Source of the DNA: Tubiluchus corallicola
Taxonomy: Eukaryota > Animalia > Priapulida
Assembly (NCBI GenBank): GCA_030141605.1
Contig: JAQGDQ010001419.1
Location: 1 to 41,925, forward strand
DNA length: 41,925 bases
Direction of reading: 5' to 3'
The notes beneath the pieces were generated by a model. It did no database searches, was not told where the DNA came from, and saw only the letters and a list, made by a program, of their open reading frames with translations. Of this stretch, positions 1-11,992 are shown one piece after another. Within the stretch, counting starts at the first letter, position 1. Every line of letters begins with the position of its first letter. A program made the position numbers and the translations under genes.

Positions 1-461
1 CCCAACTCAGTGCCGGTCCCAAGCTCGGATAAATAGTCAGGGTTAGGGTCAGGAAGGGCATCCGCCTGTAAAAACTGCGCCAAAACCTTCTATGAATGAG
101 TCGGTGAGACTTAAAGGTAAAGTCCACAAAGAAGTGATCAGACCCGCTCTAATCTATGGGCTGGAAGCAGCTTCTCTAAAAAAGACCAAAGAGAAGAAAA
201 GGGGTGTGGTGGAGATGAGGATGTTGAGATGGATGGTGGGAATAACAAAAAGAGATAAAATTAGAAATAATAATATCAGAGGAACAGTAAAAGTAGTGGA
301 AGCCTCGCAATATTGCGATGGTATAGACACCTAAAAAGAAGAGTCGGTGAAGATCATGTGGGAAGGGAAGACATAAATGAAGAGGTGGTCAACAGCAGGA
401 ATGCGTGAAGACTCATTCACAACGGCGACCCCGAATACGGAAAAGCTGGGAAGAAGAAGAA
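1..461 (+). mobile_element. Non-autonomous bipartite RTE-clade LINE derivative (5'-UTR motif fused to ORF2 3' end)
   Basis: Bases 1-90 carry the RTE 5' motif (GTGCCGGTCCCAAGC...GTCAGGAAGGGCATCCG...GTAAAA). Bases 92-334 translate to an RTE RT C-terminus (VIRPALIYGLE...EMRMLRWMVGITKRDKIRN). The element ends GGCGACCCC...(GAA)n. Confidence 0.8.
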
Positions 462-775
462 GTATTGATTACAATTAAGCACATGATGTAAACACTAGCG
501 CATTCACTCTCTTTAAAGAAGTTTCTACTTCTGCTAGACAAGCAGTTCATATTACGTGGTATAAGACTATAGTCTGTTGCGATGGCTTACAAACAAATGA
601 CAGCCATCTAATGCTTAAGCGCTGAGCCGGCTCCGTCCATTGACCAATCAGTGGACAAATTCATTTAGGAACTCTTATATAAGAGCTATTTTTAGTTATG
701 AGTTTATGTGTAAAATTAGTGGACTAATTATAGTATGAATGAATATGAGATTATATAAAGAATATTATTATACAT

Positions 776-783
776 ATAAAGAA

Positions 784-847
<64 letters not shown>

Positions 848-855
848 TTCTTTAT
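776..855. repeat. (TA)n microsatellite inside a perfect palindrome
   Basis: ATAAAGAATTAAT-(AT)n-ATTAATTCTTTAT. Confidence 0.9.
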
Positions 856-1256
856 TTGTCATTAAAATGGTTCACTCATTATAATAAAATTGAGTAAGCC
901 TCAGCGTAATGTTAAAATAACAACACTGTTCAAGACAAATGCGTCCAATGCATACTAAAAAAATTTAAAGTGCAAAACTAAGGCCTAATTATATACAATA
1001 AATGAACATATTTACAAACACCATATTAAAATGTTTTTACAAAACAATATTACAAAAGTACATTAAATTTTACATGACATATTTTACACTATATATACAT
1101 TTGACATGACACAATTAACAGAAACATGCTTTACATTACATAAATTTCACTCATTACATTTACACTATTTATACATTTGACAATAAAAAACTAACATAAC
1201 ACATATTGCATTACATAATTTTTTAAAATTTTTACATTTTTAATCGTTTTGTGGAG

Positions 1257-1470
1257 TCAGTGGCGGGGGTAGATGAAAGTTGAGTCTGTATAATTAGTAT
1301 CAGATGCACAATGTGGAAGTTGAAACCTGGTATATTGATATTCTTTTAATTTCTTTTTAAAATGGTGGAGAGATTCTATTAGTTTTATTTCACTGGGTAG
1401 TAAGTTCCATAAATGTATGGCCTGTTTTGATATAGAGTTATTTCCAAATTTATTGTTTACTGTAATTTGC
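1257..1470 (-). mobile_element. CR1/L2-type LINE ORF2 3' fragment
   Basis: Translates to NSISKQAIHLWNLLPSEIKLIESLHHFKKKLK...FIYPRH*, the typical LWNxLP...FKxKLK LINE RT tail. Homologous to 17215-17420. Confidence 0.75.
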
Positions 1471-1512
1471 TTTAAATTGCTAATTAGAACATCGCAAAAA
1501 TATATAAACATT

Positions 1513-1890
1513 TATGAACAGAAGTACACTATTGACCAGTCTATGAACAGAAGTACACTATGTGCCAGTCTATGAACAGAAGTACACTATTGACCAGTCT
1601 ATGAACAGAAGTACACTATGTGCCAGTCTATGAACAGAAGTACACTATGTGCCAGTCTATGAACAGAAGTACACTATGTGCCAGTCTATGAACAGAAGTA
1701 CACTATGTGCCAGTCTATGAACAGAAGTACACTATGTGCCAGTCTATGAACAGAAGTACACTATGTGCCAGTCTATGAACAGAAGTACACTATGTGCCAG
1801 TCTATGAACAGAAGTACACTATGGGCCAGTCTATGAACAGAAGTACACTATGTGCCAGTCTATGAACAGAAGTACACTATTGACCAGTCT
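1513..1890. repeat. 29-bp minisatellite, about 13 copies
   Basis: Unit ATGAACAGAAGTACACTATGTGCCAGTCT, with starts at 1514, 1543 and onward. Confidence 0.95.
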
Positions 1891-2009
1891 GTCGATTACC
1901 GTCAATCTGAACATGCGTCACATACTATACAAGCTTAATCTTTAATATGAATTTAGGAATGAAGTTTTCAAACTTTTTTTAAATCTTGATAACGACGAAA
2001 TTGACTTAA

Positions 2010-2468
2010 CCCTTTCATACCCGTTGTATCCCGTGGGATACGAGAATATTTTCTGCCTTTAAAATTAATAAAATTTTAAAACTGACATTTATTTGATCTG
2101 TTAATAGTTATTTTGATTTAAGCCAATAACAATAGACTAAAAATAGTGATAAAATGGCAAACTAGAAAATCTACATAGCATAAAAAACTGCGCAAGGTAC
2201 AGTACTTTAGAGACGACTTTGTACAGATCAGCATAGCATGCATACTAAATGTCTTAAATACTTTAAAAAATTATCAGCAGTTGCAAAATGAAGCACATTT
2301 TATGCTTCCATTGAATCCCAATGTATCCCGTGGGATGCAGGCTATATTTAGCACGCGGGCACAGGTAGAAAAAATAATTATTATGTGTAAACAAGATGGA
2401 CATACTGAACAAAAGTACCAAGCCAAAAAATTTTTTCTTATTAAAGAAATAATTTGGGACTGAAAGGG
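2010..2468 (+). mobile_element. piggyBac-like MITE, copy 1
   Basis: TTAA at 2006-2009 and 2469-2472; termini CCCTTTCA...TGAAAGGG. Confidence 0.9.
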
Positions 2469-2641
2469 TTAATATTTGCAGATGTTTTTGTTCCTCGTGG
2501 TAGGACCAATAAATGAGATGAAATTATGAAATGAGATTATGAAGTAAAAACGATAGGAAAGTGATGGATTTCAATATACAGGCAATTTTAAAAGAATTAC
2601 TAGAGTTACCTGGATATTGCTGAACGTTTGAGATGTGCATT

Positions 2642-3307
2642 TAGTGGCGTAGCAAGTGCTTATGGCGCCTGAGGGCAAAAAAACACCTGGAGCCCTACCC
2701 CTTTTATTGTTTTGCTCGTTTGTTTCGTGGGTGAAGCCACAAATTGTGCGTGTTTTTTGCGTCCCTGAGCCCGACTTTCTCTTTTCTGACAAAATGGGAT
2801 AAAAATAAAGGAATTTTTTCTAAGAATCACCCTGAGTTTGATTTGTGATACTGCAGCAGACTAACTCTTTTCTCTGCTTTAGTTGCTCGTAACACAACAG
2901 TGCTTAAACATTCAGCTCCAGCATTAAAACATTATTATGGAATTATTACGAAATTATGGAAGGATTATGAAAGATACAGAACACTGCAGGTTTTCACAAT
3001 AATACAATCAGTACTTAGAGAAACGTCACTGTTTCTTCAAAAATTATCAACTGCTAAGCCACACGGCACACTACAAACGCCTTTAAGTAACAACATTAGA
3101 TTTTTTCCTAATTATGATTAAATCAATATTCTAGCTATAATTACGGCAGTTTTGCTGTAGTGTGAAAAGTTTTGTTAATTGTTTTGTTAATATCGGAATA
3201 ATTAATAATTAACATCACTGACGTCTAGAAGAATTTTGCGTCCTCTCAATATTTGCACCCTTGAACCTGGGGGCGTGCCCCCCCCCCCCCACCTTGCTAC
3301 GCTTCTG
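2642..3307 (+). mobile_element. hAT-like MITE, copy 1
   Basis: TIR (C/T)AGTGGCGTAGC...GCTACGCTTCTG. Homologous along its length to 27344-27974. Confidence 0.75.
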
Positions 3308-3467
3308 CGCATGCACTGCATCGTGCAATGATTCGTAGTGACCAATTCCACGTCGTTTTTAAGTTGTATCAAAAACCTGACATCTCATTTTTAAATCATC
3401 AATGAATCAATTTTTCTTAAAAATCCAATGGTGTTCAGTCTTTGTTAAAACAACAAAAATTTAATAC

Positions 3468-3581
3468 CTGGTCAGTAGTTTGAAGTTTTTTCATCAATTC
3501 TCGATTCTTCTTTACGATTCTCTCACGTTTTTCTGCAATCTGTTTCTTGGCTGCATTGGCTCTCAGTTTGTGTTTGTAAAA
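3468..3581 (-). CDS. Gene 1 coding exon 2 (FYKHKLRANAAKKQIAEKRERIVKKNRELMKKLQTTDQ); FAAH/amidase-like membrane protein
   Basis: Acceptor attttcttgtag, donor CAG|gtatta, 114 nt, phase 0/0, open frame. A basic coiled helix after a TM anchor resembles FAAH-family N-termini. The family call is weaker (about 0.45) than the exon call. Confidence 0.7.
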
Positions 3582-3609
3582 CTACAAGAAAATATCAGAG
3601 TTTGTTTAA

Positions 3610-4067
3610 CCCTTTCAGTCCCAAATTATTTTTTAATAAGAAAAAATTTTTTGGCTTGGTACTTTTGTTCAGTATGTCCATCTTGTTTACACATAATAAT
3701 AATTTTTTCTACCTGTGCCCGCGTGCTAAATATAGCCTGTATCCCACGGGATACATTGGGATTCAGTGGAAGCATAAAATGTGCTTCATTTTGCAACTGC
3801 TGATAATTTTTTAAAGTATTTAAGACATTTAGTATGCATGCTATGCTGATATGTACAAAGTCGTCTCTAAAGTACTGTACCTTACACAGTTTTTTGTGCT
3901 ATGTAGGTTTTTTAGTTTGCCATTTTATCACTATTTTTAGTCTATTGTTATTGGCTTAAATAAAAATAACTATTAACAGGTCAAATAACTCTCAGTTTTA
4001 AAATTTTGTTAATTTTAAAGGCAGAGAATATTCTCGTATGCCATGGGATACAACGGGTATGAAAGGG
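3610..4067 (-). mobile_element. piggyBac-like MITE, copy 2 (inverted relative to copy 1)
   Basis: TTAA at 3606-3609 and 4068-4071; near-identical reverse complement of 2010-2468. Confidence 0.9.
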
Positions 4068-4495
4068 TTAATTCAATATCGGTTATATAAAAGCAAACAT
4101 AAATGTAATATTTGAGACGTCATTAATTCCCGCTATTTTACATTTAACTGTCAAGGTCACAAATCAGATTAGATTAGATTTATTTATCTCATTTAAATTT
4201 GACTGTACATAATAGACATATTGTTAATTTTCACAATTTAGCAAATTAATATATATTCGTTAGCAGCCTATTGGGTATTAAAGAAAGAGATTTGTTTAAT
4301 GGAGAAAGCGTTCAGTGACGTATAAAGGGCTCTTTAGACTGCAGCCAGGGGCTTCCTTCAGCTGAAGGGCCTCCAGAGATTAATTGAAATGAATTTATTG
4401 TGAAAAGTTACTTCAGAATGAGAGTAGAAGTTTGTTGAATTATCTCTTCAAAAAGATTCAATTCATTAATATACTGTATAATAATAGACTGCAAT

Positions 4496-4854
4496 AAATG
4501 AGTCGGTGAGACTTAAAGGGAAAGTCCACAAAGACCCGCTCTAATCTGTGCGCTGGAAGCAGCTTCTCTAAAGAAGACCGAAGAGAAGAAAATGGGTGTG
4601 GTGGAGATGAGGATGTTGAGATGGATGGTGGGAATAACAAGAAGAGATAAAATTAGAAATAATAATATCAGAGGAACAGTAAAAGTAGTGGAAGCCTCGC
4701 AAGATTGCGATGGTAGGGACACCTGAAAAGAAGAGTCGGTGAAGATCTTGTGGGAAGGGAAGACATAAATGAAGAGATGGTCAACAACAGGAATGCGTGG
4801 AGAAGACTCATTCACAACAGCGACCCCGAATAGGGAAAAGCTGGGAAGAAGAAG
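4496..4854 (+). mobile_element. 5'-truncated RTE LINE copy with 18-bp target-site duplication
   Basis: Near-identical to 95-461 with a (GAA)n tail. Flanked by ATAATAATAGACTGCAAT (4478-4495) and ATAATAATAGACTGGAAT (4855-4872). Confidence 0.85.
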
Positions 4855-5676
4855 ATAATAATAGACTGGAATTGTTTTCTACTTGTCCATTAATCCAACT
4901 CACCGGTACTGCCACACTGACCATCTTAATTACGGGATATTTGGTGAATAAAAGCTAATTAGTGCCAGCGATTGTGTACTTTATGATACACATTGAAATA
5001 ACAATCATTTATTTGTTGTAATTTGTACGTATTATATTTAACATTTTAAAAATTTATTTTAATTTTGTAAGTATCAGAATATTTCTTCTTTTTTGTTGTG
5101 TCAAACTTGCACCCACTTAAGTTGTAGAAGTTGAATAAACTGATTTGAATACTCCAACATTCACGCTTTTATTAATTCTCACTAGAGGTTCTGGGCCTCA
5201 CATGTACCTGTAGCCCAGGAGCCTACAACATCAAAATTCGCCCTAAAAGGGAGGCTAACGATCGACCAAAGGGTCAAATAAATCAAGCACCAAATAGTGC
5301 TTACTAAAACTGCAGTTAACGCAATAACTTCACTAACTTGTCAGTAGTAAGTCTCTTTTACTTTACAATTTGTCACATCTTTCATGACTCTTTTACCCTG
5401 TTAGACCCTATCTACAGACTTAGGCCTAGCTACATTTAACAAGAACCAGTCTAACAAGTCTTTCTTAGAATGTCTATTATAAAGATGTAAATAGCAATAG
5501 GTCCAATGTTTTCAGTGCGTTTGTATACAAAACGTACACACAACATGTCTTCTGCACTAAGCAGGATTTATATTATCATGTGGGCCAAATTTTGATTGGA
5601 GCATCGGTAGAAACGCAACATCTTTGGGTCATAAAAATTTCACAAATCTGGTTTGGAAAAGGCATTCCAAAGTTAA

Positions 5677-6299
5677 AGCAAAACTGGACCCAATCTTCAG
5701 CTGCATGCCAAAACAATCTACTCTTTAAAATATTTTAAGGAAACAAACTATTTTTTCAAAAATGATTTACGTGAAAGAATTATTACCACACAAACACAAT
5801 TTCACGTTCGCGCCACTAATTCTTCGCTGTTACATGCATTTCGCCATTCGCTAGTTAGACGGGCACTAGCGCCTGCATTTTGAAAACGCGTTGCACAAAA
5901 ACAGGTGCTGTATCTCTCAGTTCAAATGTGTTAGTTTGTGACGAACGACACACGTTCGATAGCTCATGCATGAGCAGAGCACAGTGGTAAACTTAAAATT
6001 GGAATTTTTATCTTAAAACTTGCTTAGTTTTAGTACAACGTACTGAATATCTTACAGTAGCACTGTAGTTCAATTTTCGCTTTCACAAACACGTGCAACA
6101 CGCTTATGGAACATTTTTGCTGTTGAAAATTATGTTAGTTTGTGATGTTATCAATAGTTGGGTTCGCCTGCCATTAATTAAATTTTTAATCAATTATTTA
6201 ATTATCAGAAAAACTTTTGCAGTATTAATCGTGCTAAAATGTGTACTTTTTATCGGACTTGAAAATGGAGTAGTATATGAAAAGTCATGCTGTCTTCGT
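5677..6299 (+). mobile_element. TTAA-flanked MITE (Kolobok-like), copy 1
   Basis: TTAA on both sides and short imperfect TIRs starting AG. Reverse-complement copies at 34102-34697 and 39211-39828. Confidence 0.75.
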
Positions 6300-6453
6300 T
6301 TAAGAAAACGTTGTCTGGCAATGGATGTTTGCATTTAAACAGCATGCAAGCACCCTGAAGAACTCACTAACTAACGAAGGCGTGATCCTTCCCAAAACAG
6401 AGAAGCACGGTCACCCAAACCACACCCACAAGCACCCACAAATGTTAACGTAC

Positions 6454-6573
6454 CTCACATGTCTTGAAGATCACTACTGCTCCGAACGCTGACGTAATTA
6501 AAATGCGATGATTTTCTTTCACAAAATCCCACAAGTTGTTGAACGACGTGACGTCATACAACTTTGACAACAT
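6454..6573 (-). CDS. Gene 1 first coding exon (MLSKLYDVTSFNNLWDFVKENHRILITSAFGAVVIFKTCE), N-terminal membrane anchor
   Basis: ATG at 6573, 40 codons, donor GAG|gtacgt in phase 0, which joins in frame to the exon at 3581. Hydrophobic stretch ILITSAFGAVVIF. Confidence 0.7.
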
Positions 6574-7979
6574 TCTGAAATGACCCGAGTTTTCAAGTTC
6601 GAACAAAACGTGGTAGCCTTACTACTGATGTCTAGTTACACTCAGCGTTGCAATTTCATCGATTTCGCATTGCTACAGACAACATTCCAAAGTTCAAGGT
6701 CTAGAAGTTCCAGGCTTGAGAATATGCCAATATGTCCTAAACAGACAGTCCCGAAATACGTTACGCACAGGCGAGATGAAAGAATTCGGTAAAAAATGCG
6801 TGTTACTGTACATATAGAGCTTTAACTCAACATGCCAATTCAATAGATAGGAACTTCTGTCCATTGATTCAGTTTAAAATAGAGTTCACAATTCATGCAC
6901 AGGCCCCACTTAAACAGAAGACAGAAACGATTTGTTAAACTTTACCATAGTTGCTTATATAGTGAAAATCACATTTTCTTTGCAATTTTCTCGATTTCAT
7001 GCCTCTTCTATAATGGGTTATAACTCGTTATCTATTTGTAACGAGTACAAAACTTTTTACACAAATGAAAATTTTCTTTCTAAAGTTCTTTCCTGTACAT
7101 TAGATTACAAGACTCAATGGTAGCAAAGAACAAATATGGTCTGTAAATTTCATTAAAAAAGTTATACGGTCTCTAGAACGTAATTGTTTTGATTTTTTGA
7201 CAGGAATCAGTTGTATGCCATATTAACATACCTTACTCTCACTTAATTGTATGTATTGACGTTGCTTACTAATCTTGTTAATTAATGTTATTTTGCTTGT
7301 TGTTCTGTTTATTTAATGTGACTGTAGTACGAATAAATGATATAAAGGAAATAGTGCATATGTTGGTATATACATTATACTTACGCTTTTTGTAATAATA
7401 ATTGCAATTTCTATGTAGGTGATACAGACACCAAGCCCACTAAAGTTTAACACAGGTAGAATATAATGCATACAGTATACGCGTAGTACATAGTTCATGT
7501 ACAATGTACTGTAGCAACTGTGCAGTACGATGTAAAAGTTGTATTATTGTACTGTACTTACGTTTCTGCTTACGTCTTTGTTTGACTATTCCACACACTT
7601 TACGTAAGTAACACAGCACACAATTTTAAAATTTTCAAGTAACAGCATGTATGCACGAACTAAGAAGCTTCGTTGTAATACTGTAGTATTATAATTTACG
7701 CTTGTGCCCGGCAAATCGTGCTGTTGCAAAGACCAAGCTAGGCAGTTCTATTGCAGCACTAGCTTATACTATAGCAATGATGTAAGTCAATGTATAGCAC
7801 ACTTGTAACTGTATAGTTAGTAGCTTAAATTTGGGAAAAAACGAAAATGTGTGGGAAATTAGGAAAGAAGGAAACAAAATTTAAGATTGGACCTAATTGT
7901 AATTTTGATATAAAATATTTTATAGTTAAAACAGCACAACTTTATTAGAACTTTTAATTTACGTAGTTAAAAAATCATG

Positions 7980-8022
7980 TCAGACGTTTCGACAAAGCTA
8001 CTGATGTCATCATCAGTGGTAA
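7980..8022 (-). ncRNA. Minimal hammerhead ribozyme motif (degenerate stem I)
   Basis: Minus strand reads ACCA-CUGAUGA-U-GACA(loop)UGUC-GAAA-CGUC. Confidence 0.5.
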
Positions 8023-8384
8023 ATTTACAAACATACAACCAGTTTATATAGGCAGAGCCTACAGTATAGAACATTATGCACTAATTAAGTATTATTAATG
8101 TCAAGGACCATTATTATTGATTTTGATCATTTCAGTTTTGTGACCACAGCTGCAAATAACTGGGACTTATTAATAAAAGAAAGTTTATGTATGTGCCCTA
8201 ATAAGCCTTCTCTTAATGCAGTTCAAATCGTTTAACTTTATTAACTTTTGTTACTGCATCAATTTCTTTTCTACAGATCTGCTTATTTATTACCCATTTG
8301 GCTTCTGTTAAATATATAATTAATACATAATATTCTATACTGTAGGCTCTGACTATAGAAACTGGTTGTATGTTTGTAAAAATT

Positions 8385-8432
8385 TACCACTGATGATGAC
8401 AGCAGTTACTGTAGCTCTGTTGAAACGTTTGA
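8385..8432 (+). ncRNA. Minimal hammerhead ribozyme motif, second and more degenerate copy
   Basis: CUGAUGA at 8390-8396, GACAG...CUGUU stem, GAAA at 8422-8425, then CGUU. Confidence 0.4.
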
Positions 8433-9063
8433 CATGATTTTTAACTATGTAAATTAAAAGTGAAAAGTAAATTAATAAAGTTGTGGTGTTTTAGCTATAA
8501 ATGTTTTTAAGTGCCAGCAATAAAAAATTAAAATATTTTAATTTAAAATTTTAATTTCAATATTAGCATGCAATTAACAGCATAATGAAATCAATATAGC
8601 CAGTGTGAACCAACTCAAACTTTTTGGGGTGAAATTTGCTTTCAGAAATTTAAGAGTTACGTGCTGTTTCCAGTCTTGATTGTTTATAATGATTATTTAT
8701 GTGATACGGTTATATTCACTCCTAACTTTATAGTATCGCTGCAATGTGCTGCCATCTTTTGAACGTTATTGTAACCGTGTCTTACAGTCATGTAACTGTA
8801 CAATTATATGTTTGTGGATAATTATTATTGCGGACTGTTGCTACAGGTGTAAAACAGTCGCGATGAACTTCAAACACTTGCCGACGTTACTACGAAGCCG
8901 CATGCATCCAGGTAGAATCCAGCTCTGACTGGTTCTAACATTGTAAATGTAATAATTATGGCATAGGCGATCTTTGTAGTAAACTGCATAAAAGGAACCA
9001 TTTGTAGAAACTTTTAGCTGACAGCATAGAAGTATTAAATTAATAGACAGCTTGAAGTTTATT

Positions 9064-10888
9064 AGACTGAAGTTAGTGTAGACTGTTGTAGGCTGGTTCA
9101 CTCTGGTGGTTGAAACAAAGACTATGAAATTGAGTAGAACTGTGAGAGACTGAAGTTAGTGTAGACTGTTGTAGGCTGGTTTACTCTGGTGGTTGAAACA
9201 TAGAATATGAAATGGTGTTAAACTGTGAAAGACTGAAGTTAGTGTAGACTGTTGTAGACTGGTTCACTCTGGTGGTTAAAACAAAGAATATGAAATTGTA
9301 TTGAACTGTGAAAGACTGAAGTTAGTGTAGACTGTTGTAGACTGGTTCACTCTGGTGGTTAAAACAAAGAATATGAAATTGTATTGAACTGTGAAAGACT
9401 GAAGTTAGTGTAGACTGTTGTAGGTTGGTTCACTCTGATGGTTGAAACAAAGAATATGAAATTGTGTTGAACTGTGAAAGACTGAAGTTAGTGTAGACTG
9501 TTGTAGACTGGTTCACTCTGGTGGTTGAAACAAAGAATATGAAATTGTGTTGAACTGTGAGAGACTGAAGTTAGTGTAGACTGTTGTAGACTGGTTCACT
9601 CTGGTGGTTGAAACAAAGAATATGAAATTGTGTTGAACTGTGAGAGACTGAAGTTAGTATAGACTGTTGTAGACTGGTTCACTCTGGTGGTTGAAACAAA
9701 GAATATGAAATTGTGTTGAACTGTGAGAGACTGAAGTTAGTATAGACTGTTGTAGACTGGTTCACTCTGGTGGTTGAAACAAAGAATATGAAATTGTGTT
9801 GAACTGTGAGAGACTGAAGTTAGTGTAGACTGTTGTAGACTGGTTCACTCTGGTGGTTGAAACAAAGAATATGAAATTGTGTTGAACTGTGAGAGACTGA
9901 AGTTAGTGTAGACTGTTGTAGACTGGTTCACTCTGGTGGTTGAAACAAAGAATATGAAATTGTGTTGAACTGTGAGAGACTGAAGTTAGTGTAGACTGTT
10001 GTAGACTGGTTCACTCTGGTGGTTGAAACAAAGAATATGAAATTGTGTTGAACTGTGAGAGACTGAAGTTAGTATAGACTGTTGCAGACTGGTTCACTCT
10101 GGTGGTTGAAACAAAGACTATGAAATTGTGTTGAACTGTGAGAGACTGAAGTTAGTGTAGACTGTTGCAGACTGGTTCACTCTGGTGGTTGAAAGAAAGA
10201 ATATGAATTTGTGTTGAACTGTGAGAGACTGAAGTTAGCGTAGACTGTTGCAGACTGGTTCACTCTGGTGGTTGAAACAAAGAATATGAAATTGCATTGA
10301 ACTGTGAGAGACTGAAGTTAGTGTGGACAGTTGTAGACTGGTTCACTCTGGTGGTTGAAACAATGAAATTGTGTTGAACTGTGAGAGACTGAAGTTAGTG
10401 TGGACTGTTGTAGAGTGGTTCACTCTGGTGGTTGAAACAAAGAATATGAAATTGTATTGAACTGTGAGAGACTGAAGTTAGTGTGGACTGTTGTAGACTG
10501 GTTCACTCTGGTGGTTGAAACAAAGAATATGAAATTGTATTGAACTGTGAGAGACTGAAGTTAGTGTGGACTGTTGTAGACTGGTTCACTCTGGTGGTTG
10601 AAACAAAGAATATGAAATTATATTGAACTGTGAGAGACTGAAGTTAGTGTGGACTGTTGTAGACTGGTTCACTCTGGTGGTTGAAACAAAGAATATGAAA
10701 TTGTATTGAACTGTGAGAGACTGAAGTTAGTGTGGACTGTTGTAGACTGGTTCACTCTGGTGGTTGAAACAAAGAATATGAAATTGTATTGAACTGTGAG
10801 AGACTGAAGTTAGTGTGGACTGTTGTAGACTGGTTCACTCTGGTGGTTGAAACAAAGAATATGAAATTGCATTGAACTGTGAGAGACT
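9064..10888. repeat. 83-bp tandem satellite, about 22 copies
   Basis: Unit GACTGAAGTTAGTGTAGACTGTTGTAGACTGGTTCACTCTGGTGGTTGAAACAAAGAATATGAAATTGTGTTGAACTGTGAGA; starts at 9064 and 9147. Confidence 0.95.
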
Positions 10889-11519
10889 TTATTTCTATTT
10901 ACGTATTACACTATTATTTACAGGAAAGAAGACACATGGTGACCACTCGACAGTAATGACCAAGAAGAAAAAGCCCAACTGGCCTTGGCACAGGTGATAC
11001 AGGTGGCTGAGTAGCACTGACCAAGGCCACAACCTGGATTAAACTTGACTCAGTTTAACAAACAATAAAATTAACAAACAATTTTAAATGTAGGTAGCAG
11101 CACATGTTAAGTTATTATTGTAGTACTTTAAATTGCTAGTACGCAATTTAATACGTAATTAAGAATCGCCAATGAAATGTGCGACAATCTTACCCTTGTA
11201 ATTTACCTATTTTCGGCATATATTTAGGCATATATGGTATTTTTAGGCATATACGATATTTTTAGGCATATATGGGCATATTTTGTGATGTCAGATTTAT
11301 ACAAAAACCCATTTTAGTCGTAATACGTCGGTAATGCGTAGAATACTGTATTACAGAGCACAGGCACCCCCCCCCCCACCCAACCCCGTTATAGATGGCG
11401 TAATTATATAGATATAATTGCATACATAACTGCTTCTCTATACACTACACAAAATAATATATAAAGCAATTGTATGACTATTGCTGTTAGATATGATGAG
11501 AACTGTTTTGTGATGTTAA

Positions 11520-11992
11520 TATGAACTGTTTAGTTTGTGTGCATTGAGAATATGCAAATAACTGATAATGCGTGACTTGCACCTAGTCACAATATTATTT
11601 GTCACAACATCATTTATATACGATGGCATTAATTTTATAAATCTGTGAAAAAACGACGTTTTGTTCGATATGTTAGGGTTAGATATATTTTTCCGGTGAT
11701 TTTTTTCCTGTAACTTTTTTACCTCTGACGTTTTTACTTGTGAATTTTTTCTGTGACTTTTTTCTGTAACTTTTTCTGTGACCTTTTTCTGTGACTTTTT
11801 TACTTGTGACTTTTTTCTGTGGCTTTGTCCGTGTGACTTTTTCTGTGACTTTTTTATCTCTGACTTTTTTGCTTGAGGCTTTTTTCTGTGACTTTTTTCC
11901 TGTGACTTTTTTCTGTGGCTTTTTCCACGTGACTTTTTCTGTGACTCTTTTACTTGTGAATTTTTACCTGTGTCTTTTTTACCGGGATGCAT
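11520..11992 (-). mobile_element. Foldback-like non-autonomous element arm with GTGACTTTTT subrepeats
   Basis: Tandem TGTGACTTTTTT(C) units at 11695-11985 and GTTAGGGTTAG at about 11672. The internal part aligns by eye with 33800-33910. Confidence 0.6.

Larger units (their letters stand above)
7919..8500. mobile_element. Penelope-like element remnant with inverted pseudo-LTR arms
   Basis: Arms at about 7919-8071 and 8333-8500 are reverse complements. Each carries a CTGATGA...GAAACG hammerhead-like core. Confidence 0.6.

Noticed and set aside
9064-10888. CRISPR-like appearance of the tandem arrays (also 1513-1890 and 40428-41516)
   Set aside because: The units are contiguous with no unique spacers, there are no cas genes, and the context is eukaryotic.
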